Numbered from the stretch's first letter, positions 19,664-29,429 are shown. The stretch is DNA of 64,000 nucleotides from Promethearchaeia archaeon (GCA_029856145.1 JAHQWK010000011.1:1-64000); one strand, 5' to 3'. The notes: generated by a model from the sequence alone, not told the origin. Translations and numbers: made by a program.

Positions 19664-20797
19664 ATGATGAGAAAGATTTATTCTGAGTCAAAAAAAATTG
19701 GGAAAATAGAGATTAAGAATAGATTTGTAAGATCAGCTACGGGTGAGCGTATAGCTTCTGAAGATGGAAGGGTTACAGATGAGCTTATAGAATTTTATAA
19801 AGTTCTAGCCGAAGGGGGTGTTGGATTAATAATCACTGGAGTTACCTATGTTCATGAGAACGGTAAAGGAATTCCAAATCAATTAGCGATTGATAGGGAT
19901 GATTTGATTCCTGGTTTGAGAAAATTAACTGAAATTGTTCACAAATATGGTGAAGGTTGCAAAATCGTGGTGCAACTTCATCATTCTGGTCGTCAGTCAA
20001 TGGTTTTAGATAATCCCATGGCTCCTTCTGCTGTTTTTGAACCAACATTTCATGTAAAGCCAAGAGAAATGACAAAGGAGGATATAGTAGATACAGTGGA
20101 AGCTTTTGTTGAAGCAGCAAGAAGGGCAGAAGAAGCCCGTTTCGATGCAATTCAACTTCATGCAGCGCATGGTTATCTCCTAAGTCAATTTCTCTCACCC
20201 TACACTAATAAAAGAACAGATGAATATGGTGGTACTATAGAAAATCGAGTTAGAATTATTGAAGAAATTTATAAGAAAACTGTTGAAAATGTAGGACCGG
20301 ATTTTCCTATATTGATAAAGATGAATGTTGATGATTTCTTAGAAGGTGGAATAAATTTAGATGAATCTATGCAGATTGCAGAAATTCTATCAAAAATGGG
20401 ATTCGCCGCTATAGAAACTAGCGGATGTATGTGGGAAGTTATTTTGCGTACTAAAAAAGAACTTGGATGGCATCCTGCATTCAATCCTGAAGCACGCATA
20501 AATATTGATTCAAAGGAAAAAGAAGCTTATCATCTACCATATGCGAAAGAAATAAAGAAGGTCATCAATACACCACTAATTTTAGTTGGAGGCATAAGAT
20601 CTCTTGATATTATTGAAAATATATTAAATGAAGGAAATGCAGATTTCATTGGATTATGTAGACCTCTAATCCGAGAACCAGATCTTCCAAATAAATGGCT
20701 GAAAGGAACTGGAGAAATAACTTGTGAATGTATTTCATGCAATGGGTGCACCGGTAGCTTATTATCCGGAAGCCTTCGTTGTACTCAGAAAAAATGA
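19664..20797 (+). CDS. NADH:flavin oxidoreductase (Old Yellow Enzyme family)
   Basis: KNRFVRSAT, QLHAAHGYLLSQFLSP, NKRTDEYGG, CISCNGC. Confidence 0.95.
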   Translation: MMRKIYSESKKIGKIEIKNRFVRSATGERIASEDGRVTDELIEFYKVLAEGGVGLIITGVTYVHENGKGIPNQLAIDRDDLIPGLRKLTEIVHKYGEGCKIVVQLHHSGRQSMVLDNPMAPSAVFEPTFHVKPREMTKEDIVDTVEAFVEAARRAEEARFDAIQLHAAHGYLLSQFLSPYTNKRTDEYGGTIENRVRIIEEIYKKTVENVGPDFPILIKMNVDDFLEGGINLDESMQIAEILSKMGFAAIETSGCMWEVILRTKKELGWHPAFNPEARINIDSKEKEAYHLPYAKEIKKVINTPLILVGGIRSLDIIENILNEGNADFIGLCRPLIREPDLPNKWLKGTGEITCECISCNGCTGSLLSGSLRCTQKK

Positions 20798-20961
20798 ATA
20801 GAATCTATATTTAAAGTGAATATTATGATTATTAAATTGTTTATCTAATTCTATTCCACAATTATTATTATATTTTAAAATGGGATTCGCGGCTCATGTT
20901 TATTGTCAAACACAAAACGGTGTAAATTTTTATAAAATAATAATCCCCCCTTTGAAATTTC

Positions 20962-21921
20962 TTAAATGAAATAATAAATATTTCCATTAAATTTTTCTAA
21001 AAGCACCATTTCAGCATTTAAAAGGATCTGTAATTTTTTCTCAAGCAAATCTACCGTGACTTTATCTTGTTGATTAAATAACCTATTTTTAATTGCTTTG
21101 GCTGTATACTTATGCCTATTTTCTTTTAGGAATTGGATTAAGCGGGAATCAATATCATTTATTTTGATGAGATTTAAACTCAATTGTTCCCTTTTAAACA
21201 GGTTCCATGCCCCATTATATTTGCCGTTTTGACCTCTTTGTTTTAAATAGGCATAAGTTTCTACTACATTTTCTTTTCTTAGTTTATTATATATGAATTT
21301 ACCCAAATAATAAATTGAGATAAAAATTTCTGGAGTTTTGATGTTACAAAACAAGAAAATAAGTATATGCCATATTACAATAATAAAATAAGTAAGAACA
21401 GAGTCGTGAACAATCGACCAAGGATTTCCAAGATGGTATAAATAAACTTGTATGGCTATACGGAATATATTGAAAATATAAATTAAAATCAGTGAAGCAA
21501 TAATATTTATTGTTTTTCTCCATATAATATCCTCTTTCGTCTTAGCATCTTGTGAGTGAGGTATAAAAATATTTATCGCTGTAAAAATACTCATTGAAGT
21601 TATATAAGTACAGCCATTATTAATATAAGTCCTTACGCTACCTGGAATGTCAATATGCCAAGGGAAATAATTTTCTGGTAAAAATAAAGCTTCTGCTTCA
21701 ACATTAAATAATAAATTCATAAGAAAAACTGAGTGCTTAGTAATTATTTCGTGTAACCAATTATTTTCTCTTATCCCAAAAAACTGAATCATAAGAATAG
21801 CTAATAAAAAAGTACCAACAGGAAATATGATCAGGGATTTAGTCGAAAAACTATATTTTTTCCCTCTAAATTCAATAAATAAACTTTCTTGTTTTGTATT
21901 TTTAGCTTTTATTTCATTCAT
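20962..21921 (-). CDS. Archaeosortase/exosortase family transpeptidase (archaeosortase H-like) with C-terminal wHTH-like domain
   Basis: Multi-TM protein with Cys (INNGCT), Arg (NIFRI) and His (WSIVHD) in archaeosortase triad contexts. Confidence 0.8.
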   Translation of the reverse strand: MNEIKAKNTKQESLFIEFRGKKYSFSTKSLIIFPVGTFLLAILMIQFFGIRENNWLHEIITKHSVFLMNLLFNVEAEALFLPENYFPWHIDIPGSVRTYINNGCTYITSMSIFTAINIFIPHSQDAKTKEDIIWRKTINIIASLILIYIFNIFRIAIQVYLYHLGNPWSIVHDSVLTYFIIVIWHILIFLFCNIKTPEIFISIYYLGKFIYNKLRKENVVETYAYLKQRGQNGKYNGAWNLFKREQLSLNLIKINDIDSRLIQFLKENRHKYTAKAIKNRLFNQQDKVTVDLLEKKLQILLNAEMVLLEKFNGNIYYFI

Positions 21922-22081
21922 TTTAATTTTTCTTTAATTCACCTGCATTTTTAAAAGAAGATTGAAACCTAAGTAAAATCTAGATCATATCGTTCTAAAA
22001 GAAGATGTTGTTAATAAAGCATTAGGATTTTTTAATCTTTAATCATAATAGACTGTTTGTAGTATTTCTTTAGACTTTATT

Positions 22082-22849
22082 TTAAACATTGTTAATATTA
22101 TCATCTATTACTTCCTCAATGATTTGGGAAATTTTTTTCATATCAGTAATAATATGTGGAAACTGGGCGCTATATTTTCCAGTTAAGCATGCTTGAATTA
22201 CATTAGTACCCAGTTTTTCGGCAATATTCAAGTAATAAGGTTTATCATCAATAAAAATTGCCTGTTTTGGTTTAATCTCTAAATCTTTAAAAATAGCTCT
22301 ATAGAAAGCATCATCAACTTTAAGAATATTGATTAAATCTGGACCATATAGTTTTTTAAAGAAATGGTCAATCCCTATAGCTTCTAAATAGTTCTTTAAT
22401 TCAATTGATTCTGTTCCTGAAGCAGTATATAAGTTGTAGCCTTTATTATATAACATTTTAATACTTTCAATCACTCCAGGAAATGCTGCTTTGACTCTGG
22501 TAGCTACAAAACGAGCCGCATTATAATATATCGCCTTATAAATCTTTTTCTCAGGACGTTCAATTCCTACAAAATCAAACATTTCATTTATCCATTTTTT
22601 AATAAACCAACTTATGAACTTTTCATGAGATTTATCTCTATTATCATATAATAATTTCGGAACATCATCACCACCAAAATCTTTAATTAACTCAACATTT
22701 GCCTTCCCCCATAATTCAGGTTCTCCACCAAATATAGGTGAAAAATATTCACCGACTAATCGTTGCCATTGTCTTCCTCGGATCCTATTATCATTGAGTG
22801 TATCACCATCATCAAAAAATATAAAAATTTCAGAATTGTTTATTGACAT
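22082..22849 (-). CDS. HAD-superfamily hydrolase
   Basis: FFDDGDTL motif I, TASG motif II, IFIDD motif IV. Confidence 0.88.
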   Translation of the reverse strand: MSINNSEIFIFFDDGDTLNDNRIRGRQWQRLVGEYFSPIFGGEPELWGKANVELIKDFGGDDVPKLLYDNRDKSHEKFISWFIKKWINEMFDFVGIERPEKKIYKAIYYNAARFVATRVKAAFPGVIESIKMLYNKGYNLYTASGTESIELKNYLEAIGIDHFFKKLYGPDLINILKVDDAFYRAIFKDLEIKPKQAIFIDDKPYYLNIAEKLGTNVIQACLTGKYSAQFPHIITDMKKISQIIEEVIDDNINNV

Positions 22850-23009
22850 ATTAATAGATTTGAAAATCGAGATTAAAATAATCTAAAAATGTTGAAAATT
22901 AATCATATTGCAAAATTTTAATAGCTTTCCTTTTTCAGATTTCTAGTAAATCCTAAAATTAAAAATTGATTGTGAGTTTTATTTTTAAATGCACTTCTAA
23001 GGCAGAATT

Positions 23010-23861
23010 ATGAAGTTATTATATGTAACAGATATACATGGAATTGAATGGAAACACAATAAAATTTTCGATTTAGCAAGTTCATTAAAGCCTGATGTAG
23101 TAATAAACGGGGGGGATATGCTCACATTTAGAGGAAATCTATTACATCAAGATAGGTTTATTACTGGGTTTCTTGATGAGTATTTTTCGAGATTTGAGTC
23201 AATGAAAATATATTATTTAGGCTTATTAGGAAATGATGATTTGGGTATATTTGATGACTTATTTCAAAAAACGTGCGATAAATATTCTTATGTAGCTAAT
23301 ATGGCTCAGAAGAGATTCCAGATTGAAGGTAGTAAATATGAGTTTATAGGGATGAACTGGGTAACCGATTTGCCTTTTGGTTTAAAGGACAGAGCGCGTA
23401 AAGATACTAAGGATTTTGAGTTTCCAAAACAGATCGGAAAACAATACATTTCTACTCCAAATGGATTCAAAAAACTTGAAGATTGGTCCTCGTATGCGGA
23501 GGCTCTCCCCACAATCGAAGATGAGATTAGAAATCTAGTAAAGCCTTCCGATATGAACAATACAGTCTATATTTTTCATAATCCCCCGGCTAATTTAGAT
23601 CTTGATGTATGCCATGACGGTCGAAAGGTGGGGTCAAAAGCAGAATATGTTTTTCTTAAAGAAAATCAGCCAAAACTCTCACTTCATGGGCATATTCACG
23701 AATCTCCTGACATTTCAGGTAAATGGTATTCTCAATTAGGTAAAACGACATGTATTCAGCCAGGTCAATCTAATCAGCATGAAAATCATTTAATCTATGC
23801 TTTGATTGACCTAGAAACTATGAATATTGAACGGAAAATAATTAAAAAGGAAAGTAAATAA
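23010..23861 (+). CDS. Calcineurin-like metallophosphoesterase
   Basis: TDIHG, GGD, GNDD, HNPP, HGHIHE. Confidence 0.92.
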   Translation: MKLLYVTDIHGIEWKHNKIFDLASSLKPDVVINGGDMLTFRGNLLHQDRFITGFLDEYFSRFESMKIYYLGLLGNDDLGIFDDLFQKTCDKYSYVANMAQKRFQIEGSKYEFIGMNWVTDLPFGLKDRARKDTKDFEFPKQIGKQYISTPNGFKKLEDWSSYAEALPTIEDEIRNLVKPSDMNNTVYIFHNPPANLDLDVCHDGRKVGSKAEYVFLKENQPKLSLHGHIHESPDISGKWYSQLGKTTCIQPGQSNQHENHLIYALIDLETMNIERKIIKKESK

Positions 23862-23903
23862 GAGAAAAGAAAAAAAAGTTAAATATTTAATAAAAATATC
23901 AAT

Positions 23904-24179
23904 TTATAGTTTTTGAGAGTCCTTGACTGATAAGTAGCAATTTAATTGAATTTGTAAAAACTTATAAGCATCATCCTTAATGAATTTTCTATTAGTTCCA
24001 TTTGAGTACACTCTATAAGTCTTTCCAGACGCACTTAAATTATCTTCTGAAGCTACTTCTTTTAGTTTAGGAGGCATATCAATTTCAATGTAAAGTTTAT
24101 TATCCTTTAGTTGATATCTCATTTGGTTATCAACATTAGAAAACTCATCCTCTATTAAATCAACCATATTATTTTTCAA
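23904..24179 (-). CDS. Small hypothetical protein with SASGKT motif
   Basis: ORF; K.YIEID...SASGKT pattern; start may be ATG at 24167. Confidence 0.7.
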   Translation of the reverse strand: MKNNMVDLIEDEFSNVDNQMRYQLKDNKLYIEIDMPPKLKEVASEDNLSASGKTYRVYSNGTNRKFIKDDAYKFLQIQLNCYLSVKDSQKL

Positions 24180-24187
24180 CTCAATTT

Positions 24188-24249
24188 TTGAGGGGATACA
24201 AAAATCCTTTTCGCACCTCTCAAGAAACGTTAGATATATCTAATGTTTC
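24188..24249 (-). promoter_or_regulatory. Near-perfect 26 bp palindrome plus G-U-rich hairpin upstream of 23904..24179
   Basis: GAAACGTTAGATATATCTAATGTTTC (24224-24249); minus-strand stem GGUGCGAAAA/UUUUUGUAUC closed by UUGAG/CUCAA. Confidence 0.55.
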
Positions 24250-24329
24250 ATTGTTATTAAAGCTGTATGATAATGCTTATTTCCCGTTCTGTAAATGATT
24301 TCATTTTTCAATATTTAAGAAAAATTGTT

Positions 24330-24465
24330 ATAGATAATAGCAATATTTTCAATTACAATGGTAATGGTGTCTGGAGATAGCAATTTTGTACTTGGCGTAA
24401 AGAAAGTTAGAGAATTGGATAAGATTGTGGAAATTTAGCTATTTAGATATTCTTTAGAAAATATG
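24330..24465 (+). pseudogene. Internally deleted NYN-domain pseudogene
   Basis: IDNSNIF, then a frameshift to TMVMVSGDSNFVLGVKKVRELDKIVEI*LFRYSLENM, versus TAVLVSGDGDFVPVVKKVKELGKNVEIWAFRYSLANA in the intact gene. Confidence 0.85.
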
Positions 24466-24687
24466 CGTATGATTATGTCTAAATCTATCAAACCATTTTG
24501 TATCTGAATTGATAATATAACCAAAACTCATTAGATTTCACATTAGAATTATTTACTTTTTAAAGTTATGGGTATATTTCTCCCCAATAATACTGTATAA
24601 AAATGAAATTAAAACAGAATTAAATAATATTTTATGTTTATATCAAATGAAGAATATCAAATTATTTAGAGTTTAAGAGGGTTATAA

Positions 24688-26157
24688 ATGGAACAAAAAT
24701 CGAACTCAATTAGATTAACCTTATTAGGAGGCGTTGATGAAGTTGGCGGAAATACAGTCCTATTGGAGGATAAGAGCTATGATGTTAGGCTTTTTATAGA
24801 TTTTGGTATTAAGATTAGGAATTATCTTAATATATATGAACGTGGCCAGTATCCTTCAGGTGTTGAAGAACTCATTCAAGCTAATTTATTACCTGCTGAG
24901 GAAAGGATTTCTATCCAAAATTTATATTTAACTGAATTAAAACTTGAAAAAGTCATTGCTTCAAAACCTTCCAATTTAGATGGAATTTTAATATCTCACC
25001 CTCACAAGGATCATTATTTTGGCTTGTCTTTTGTAAATCGGACAATTCCTATCTATACTGGAGTAGTTACGAAGAGAATCATTCGAGCTTTTTGTAAATC
25101 AGAAAGATCTACAATTATAAATAATTTTAACAATTTAAATTGGCACACATTTCGAACGGGGAACATTTTAGACATCAAAGGAATGAAAATTACTCCGTTT
25201 CATGTAGATCATTCAGTTCCGGCGGCATATGGATTCATTATCTATACTTCAGCTGGACCAGTAGTGTATACCGGAGATTTTCGAAGGCACGGTCCTTTAT
25301 CGAATATGACAGAGGAATTTTTAGAGGAGGTTAAAACGCATAATACTGTTTTAACGAGTTGTGAACTAGAACCGGAGCAACAGGAACTAATTTCAGAAGG
25401 AGTAAAAGTTTTAATATGCGAAGGCACCAAAATTTCTAAAGGCATTGTTGAATCAGAGCAAAATGTCGAAGAAAATTTAGAAAAAATTTTCATAAACAAT
25501 CCTTTTGATTTTATATTAGTTAAATATGATCGAATTGATTGGGACAGGTTTAGAACGTTTTCAAATATAGCAAAAAAATATGGGTGGAAGTATATCATAA
25601 CGGAGAAGGATGCATATTTCTATTATCTCTTGAATAAAAAAGCGATTCATGAAACAATGAAAGATCCGAATATTCTTAGTGATGATCATATTTATATTTT
25701 AAAAAGAGGGTCTGCAAATTACAAATGGCAGGATAAAGTTAGGCAAGTTATATATAGACGTAATAAAGGAAACAGATTTCTTAATCATCGTGATTTAAAG
25801 AGTTTGGAGGGTAAATTTCTTGTCTATGTAACTCGTTTACATAATGGATTAATAAGAAATTTAGATTTTTCTAAAAGGGGTTTGTTTATATCTTCGAGTG
25901 TTGACCCCTATTCGGAAGAATTTTATGATAATACAAATAATATTCGTAATCGACTAAAACCTTATGGGATTCCTTCATATCGAGTTCATGCATCGGGTCA
26001 TGCAACACCGCACGATATTATTAATTTCATTGAAGAAATTAAACCTAAATTCTTGATTCCAATTCATACGGAAAATCCAGATTTTTTCGAAAAGTTATTT
26101 CAGAGTTCTGATATTAAAGTACTTTTACCAAATAAAAATGACTCAATCGAATTCTAA
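24688..26157 (+). CDS. MBL-fold / beta-CASP RNase J-like hydrolase
   Basis: GGVDEVGGN, SHPHKDH, VDHS, YTGDFR, HASGH, PIHTE. Confidence 0.9.
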   Translation: MEQKSNSIRLTLLGGVDEVGGNTVLLEDKSYDVRLFIDFGIKIRNYLNIYERGQYPSGVEELIQANLLPAEERISIQNLYLTELKLEKVIASKPSNLDGILISHPHKDHYFGLSFVNRTIPIYTGVVTKRIIRAFCKSERSTIINNFNNLNWHTFRTGNILDIKGMKITPFHVDHSVPAAYGFIIYTSAGPVVYTGDFRRHGPLSNMTEEFLEEVKTHNTVLTSCELEPEQQELISEGVKVLICEGTKISKGIVESEQNVEENLEKIFINNPFDFILVKYDRIDWDRFRTFSNIAKKYGWKYIITEKDAYFYYLLNKKAIHETMKDPNILSDDHIYILKRGSANYKWQDKVRQVIYRRNKGNRFLNHRDLKSLEGKFLVYVTRLHNGLIRNLDFSKRGLFISSSVDPYSEEFYDNTNNIRNRLKPYGIPSYRVHASGHATPHDIINFIEEIKPKFLIPIHTENPDFFEKLFQSSDIKVLLPNKNDSIEF

Positions 26158-26291
26158 GCTAAAAAGAAGTATAATTTAATTGTAGTGTTATAATTGTAAA
26201 TTAAAAGATTGAAATAATTATTACCATTATCTTAAATCAAAATTCTTGGACCGTATGAGAATTAATAAACGTTAATTCTGCTATATAAATT

Positions 26292-26834
26292 GTGAATGAT
26301 TTGATGAGAGAGGTTTATATTTTTGACATTGATGGGTGCGTTATGCCTCCAATCTTCACGAATTTTAATAACAGTGAACCAAGAAAAAATATCGTCAAAG
26401 AAGTCATTAAGAATGGAAATCATGTAAAATTGTTTCCGAGTTTTATTGAATTTTATCAAAAACACTGTACTCAGGCAGAATCAATATTTTTTATAACAGG
26501 CAGAAAGTACGGTGAATTTGGCAAGCTAACTGAGAATCAATTACAAATCTTAACCGATTTTAAAGATTTTCATGTTATATATTATCCTGAAAGAAAATTA
26601 CATAAAATTCAAAAATATTTTGCTTGGAAGGTAAAAGAAATAAAAGAAATTATCAAAAATACTATTAAAAGTAAGAATTCTAATAAAAATTCTAAGGAAA
26701 AGGTCAAGTTCAATATTTTCGATGACATGAACGATTATTTTTCGAGAATTAAACAATTTGAAGATAGATATGGGGTTCATATTTACTCAAGATCAATAAA
26801 TGACGAGAGAAATTGGGATGATGAAAACTATTAA
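26292..26834 (+). CDS. HAD-like hydrolase/phosphatase
   Basis: FDIDGC, ITGR, K, FDD motifs. Confidence 0.8.
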   Translation: MNDLMREVYIFDIDGCVMPPIFTNFNNSEPRKNIVKEVIKNGNHVKLFPSFIEFYQKHCTQAESIFFITGRKYGEFGKLTENQLQILTDFKDFHVIYYPERKLHKIQKYFAWKVKEIKEIIKNTIKSKNSNKNSKEKVKFNIFDDMNDYFSRIKQFEDRYGVHIYSRSINDERNWDDENY

Positions 26835-26885
26835 AAAAGAGGATTGAAAAGCGTGAGATTAAGAAAGAATAAAACAAATTTTAGC

Positions 26886-27186
26886 CTATATATAAAAGGC
26901 TTATAACATTAACATAAACAAACTCTTTACATTTGAGATTATTATTCTACGAGCGACATAGAGTAATTAGATGCAATATCGCATATGATAAAGGGATTAA
27001 ATGATATTAGACAAACAGAGAAAGGCAATAATGCCTAATTGCGAATTCTGTGGTAAGGACATTAAGGGTACTAAGTGGAATAAGGAATATCATCATATTA
27101 ATATATGCCAAAAACCACCAAAACGGTTTTTTTGTTCCCGTCAATGTAAATTAAGATGGGTTTTTAAAAATGTTTGATTTTATTTT
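26886..27186 (+). repeat. Diverged ~300 bp duplicate of 16761..17055 (upstream region plus Zn-finger gene)
   Basis: Colinear similarity from TATATAAAAG.CTTATAACATTAACA through TGATTTTATTTT; ATG>ACG, an early TAA and a +1 frameshift in the 5' half; residual ORF 27031..27177. Confidence 0.9.
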
Positions 27187-27216
27187 ATCGATAATTTGGT
27201 GATAATAAATAAAATT

Positions 27217-28071
27217 ATGGCAGAAAAAGATTTTAACCCATTAACAAGTCAATTTGGAATAGCTGGTACTAGGTATGACCTTCAAATGGGTATAATTAAT
27301 GACAAATGGGCTATTCGAATATTGAAAGAAAAGAACATGGTTAATTGCAATATTTTTAAAGATATTGGATTAGGCAAACTTCCAGAGGGAAATCAAATCG
27401 TCAATTGGGTTCTCAACGCTGTTGCAATACCCATTAATCCGCGCCAAATATGGAAAACGGTTCAAATTTTACTGAATCAGGCAGCCAAAAATAGAGAAAA
27501 GAAGAAAGTAATAGTTCCAATAAAAGAAGCCAGGGAAAAAGAATTGGAAAAAACTGATAAAAAAGAATCTAATATTGAACGGATAATGATTTTCATTGAC
27601 AATAGCAACATTTTTAAGGGCTTTCAGAAGTATAATGTCAAGGCGGACTATGAAAAGCTGAAAAACATCATTACGAGAGGGCGAGAATTGCAGAGCATAT
27701 TCTTATATGAAGGCGTCGTGTATCCTATGAGCCCAGAGAAGAAGAAATGGTATAATGAATTGAGCAATCGAAGTAGTTATGTGATTAAAGCGAGTTTTGA
27801 TAAGATAGCATCAAGTGGCGTCATTGAAAAGAAAGTTGACATTAACATCGCGATTGATATCATTTCTCTTGCGTATGAAAATGCGTATGATACGGCGGTG
27901 TTGGTATCTGGAGACGGTGATTTTGTTCCTGTTGTAAAGAAAGTTAAAGAATTGGGTAAAAATGTGGAAATATGGGCGTTTAGATATTCACTAGCTAATG
28001 CTTTAAGTGAAGAACTCAAGCCGGGAAATATCTATTTTCTCGATGAAATCTTGAGTAAATTAAATATATAA
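27217..28071 (+). CDS. NYN (LabA/DUF88, PIN-like) domain protein with an unrelated N-terminal domain
   Basis: FIDNSN, EKKVDINIAID, LVSGDGDFVP, GKNVEIW. Confidence 0.92.
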   Translation: MAEKDFNPLTSQFGIAGTRYDLQMGIINDKWAIRILKEKNMVNCNIFKDIGLGKLPEGNQIVNWVLNAVAIPINPRQIWKTVQILLNQAAKNREKKKVIVPIKEAREKELEKTDKKESNIERIMIFIDNSNIFKGFQKYNVKADYEKLKNIITRGRELQSIFLYEGVVYPMSPEKKKWYNELSNRSSYVIKASFDKIASSGVIEKKVDINIAIDIISLAYENAYDTAVLVSGDGDFVPVVKKVKELGKNVEIWAFRYSLANALSEELKPGNIYFLDEILSKLNI

Positions 28072-28073
28072 GA

Positions 28074-28499
28074 TTATTCTTCTTTTTTTATCATTTCTAG
28101 TTCTGATTCGATGCCCAGTAGATTCGCAACTTCGACTAATGCTTTCCATTCTGAATGAACGTTCTGAGCTTCTCTTACTTTACCCTGTGATACTAAGAGT
28201 TTATGTAAATTGGCTTTTGCATCCACAAGTCTAACAAACATTGCCAATTTATCACCAGTATCTTCAGAATTTACATAAGTCCTTAGAGCATCAATCATTT
28301 GCATATCTGGTTTTGAGGTAGTACCTAATGTCTTTAAGGTATCCCTGATTTCAAACAATATTCTTTGATTGTCTTCAAGTAATTTTAGTTGGATTAGGCA
28401 AATATTAATAGTATCAGAATAGGTTTCACTTCCACTTTTTTCTTTGATATCGTCTAACTTATTTTTAACAACATTATTTATTTCTATTGTTGGACTCAT
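28074..28499 (-). CDS. Hypothetical protein with RHH/antitoxin-like N-terminus
   Basis: TIEI...VKNKLDDIK....ETYSDTI pattern. Confidence 0.6.
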   Translation of the reverse strand: MSPTIEINNVVKNKLDDIKEKSGSETYSDTINICLIQLKLLEDNQRILFEIRDTLKTLGTTSKPDMQMIDALRTYVNSEDTGDKLAMFVRLVDAKANLHKLLVSQGKVREAQNVHSEWKALVEVANLLGIESELEMIKKEE

Positions 28500-28704
28500 C
28501 TTCCTATATAAATATGGGAAATGAATTATTTAAATTTTAATATCTATTATTTCGATGATATCTTGAGTAATATAAAAATTTATTAATACCGATTAATAGT
28601 GAACTAATAGCGAGTATAAGAAATATTGAAAAAATCTATATGAGAGAAGTACCTAGAATTAATTTGGAGCTAAAAATTTTACAATTTAGAGTGAATTTTT
28701 AACT

Positions 28705-29100
28705 GTGATGGTTGAAGAAAATAATACTTTAGAGAAGTTGGAAACTATCTTAAAAAGATTATTATCAAATAATCGTGATATAACAGTTGCGGTAATCACA
28801 TCAATGGAGGGCCTCCCTATTCTCTCAATATTACCCCGAGGATATAATGAAACTAGAATTTCTGCCATGGTTGCTACATTGCTTTCTATATCCGAAAGGA
28901 CTGTCATAGATATGGAAATTGGCGAATTCCAACAGATATATATCAAAGGACTTGATGGATATTTATTAGTTTTTGATGCTGAGCCAGCTGTGTTGGCAGT
29001 TTCAACTAGGGTAAAAGTGAAATTGGGGCTAGTTTATTTTGAGTGTGAGCGTGTTTCGCAAGAAATATCAAAGATTTTGAAAGAGAGAAATAAAGACTGA
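28705..29100 (+). CDS. Roadblock/LC7 domain protein
   Basis: VITSMEGLPILS, RISAMVATLLS, QIYIKGLDGY, KLGLV. Confidence 0.93.
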   Translation: MMVEENNTLEKLETILKRLLSNNRDITVAVITSMEGLPILSILPRGYNETRISAMVATLLSISERTVIDMEIGEFQQIYIKGLDGYLLVFDAEPAVLAVSTRVKVKLGLVYFECERVSQEISKILKERNKD

Positions 29101-29124
29101 TAATATTACTTTTATTAGAAGATA

Positions 29125-29157
29125 AAAAAGAATCCCTCCTGGAGGGCGAGGAGGGCC
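29125..29157 (-). terminator. GC-rich hairpin followed by U-tract on the minus strand
   Basis: CCCTCCT-cgccctcc-AGGAGGG-attcTTTTTT. Confidence 0.5.
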
Positions 29158-29248
29158 AAAAAAAGAATGATAGCGATTTTCCTCAAAGTTAAGTCTCAAT
29201 CCTAATATTTCATGATGCTATTGAACTTTTTTACATCTCTACTCGACA

Positions 29249-29303
29249 ATCAATAGAAAAGGATATAGAGATAAAATAATTGATCAATAGAAAAGTATAT
29301 AGA
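29249..29303 (+). promoter_or_regulatory. Tandem 21 bp direct repeat containing BRE/TATA-like elements
   Basis: ATCAATAGAAAAGGATATAGA (29249) and ATCAATAGAAAAGTATATAGA (29283), one mismatch. Confidence 0.55.
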
Positions 29304-29429
29304 TGATAGTCTCTATAAGATGTTTGTAGCAGAGGTTGAATTTTTGGGCGAGTAAATATTCTACACTGTAAATATGTGTAGATGCTTCGAGTACCAATAT
29401 ATATTTCAATTAATATGGAATAAATCGAA

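Noticed and set aside
20877-20894. 18 nt near-match (AAAATGGGATTCGC.GCT) to the OYE gene interior near 20393
   Set aside because: Too short, and the similarity does not extend
28074-28499. Toxin-antitoxin pair with the NYN gene
   Set aside because: Convergent rather than operonic arrangement, and the RHH assignment is weak
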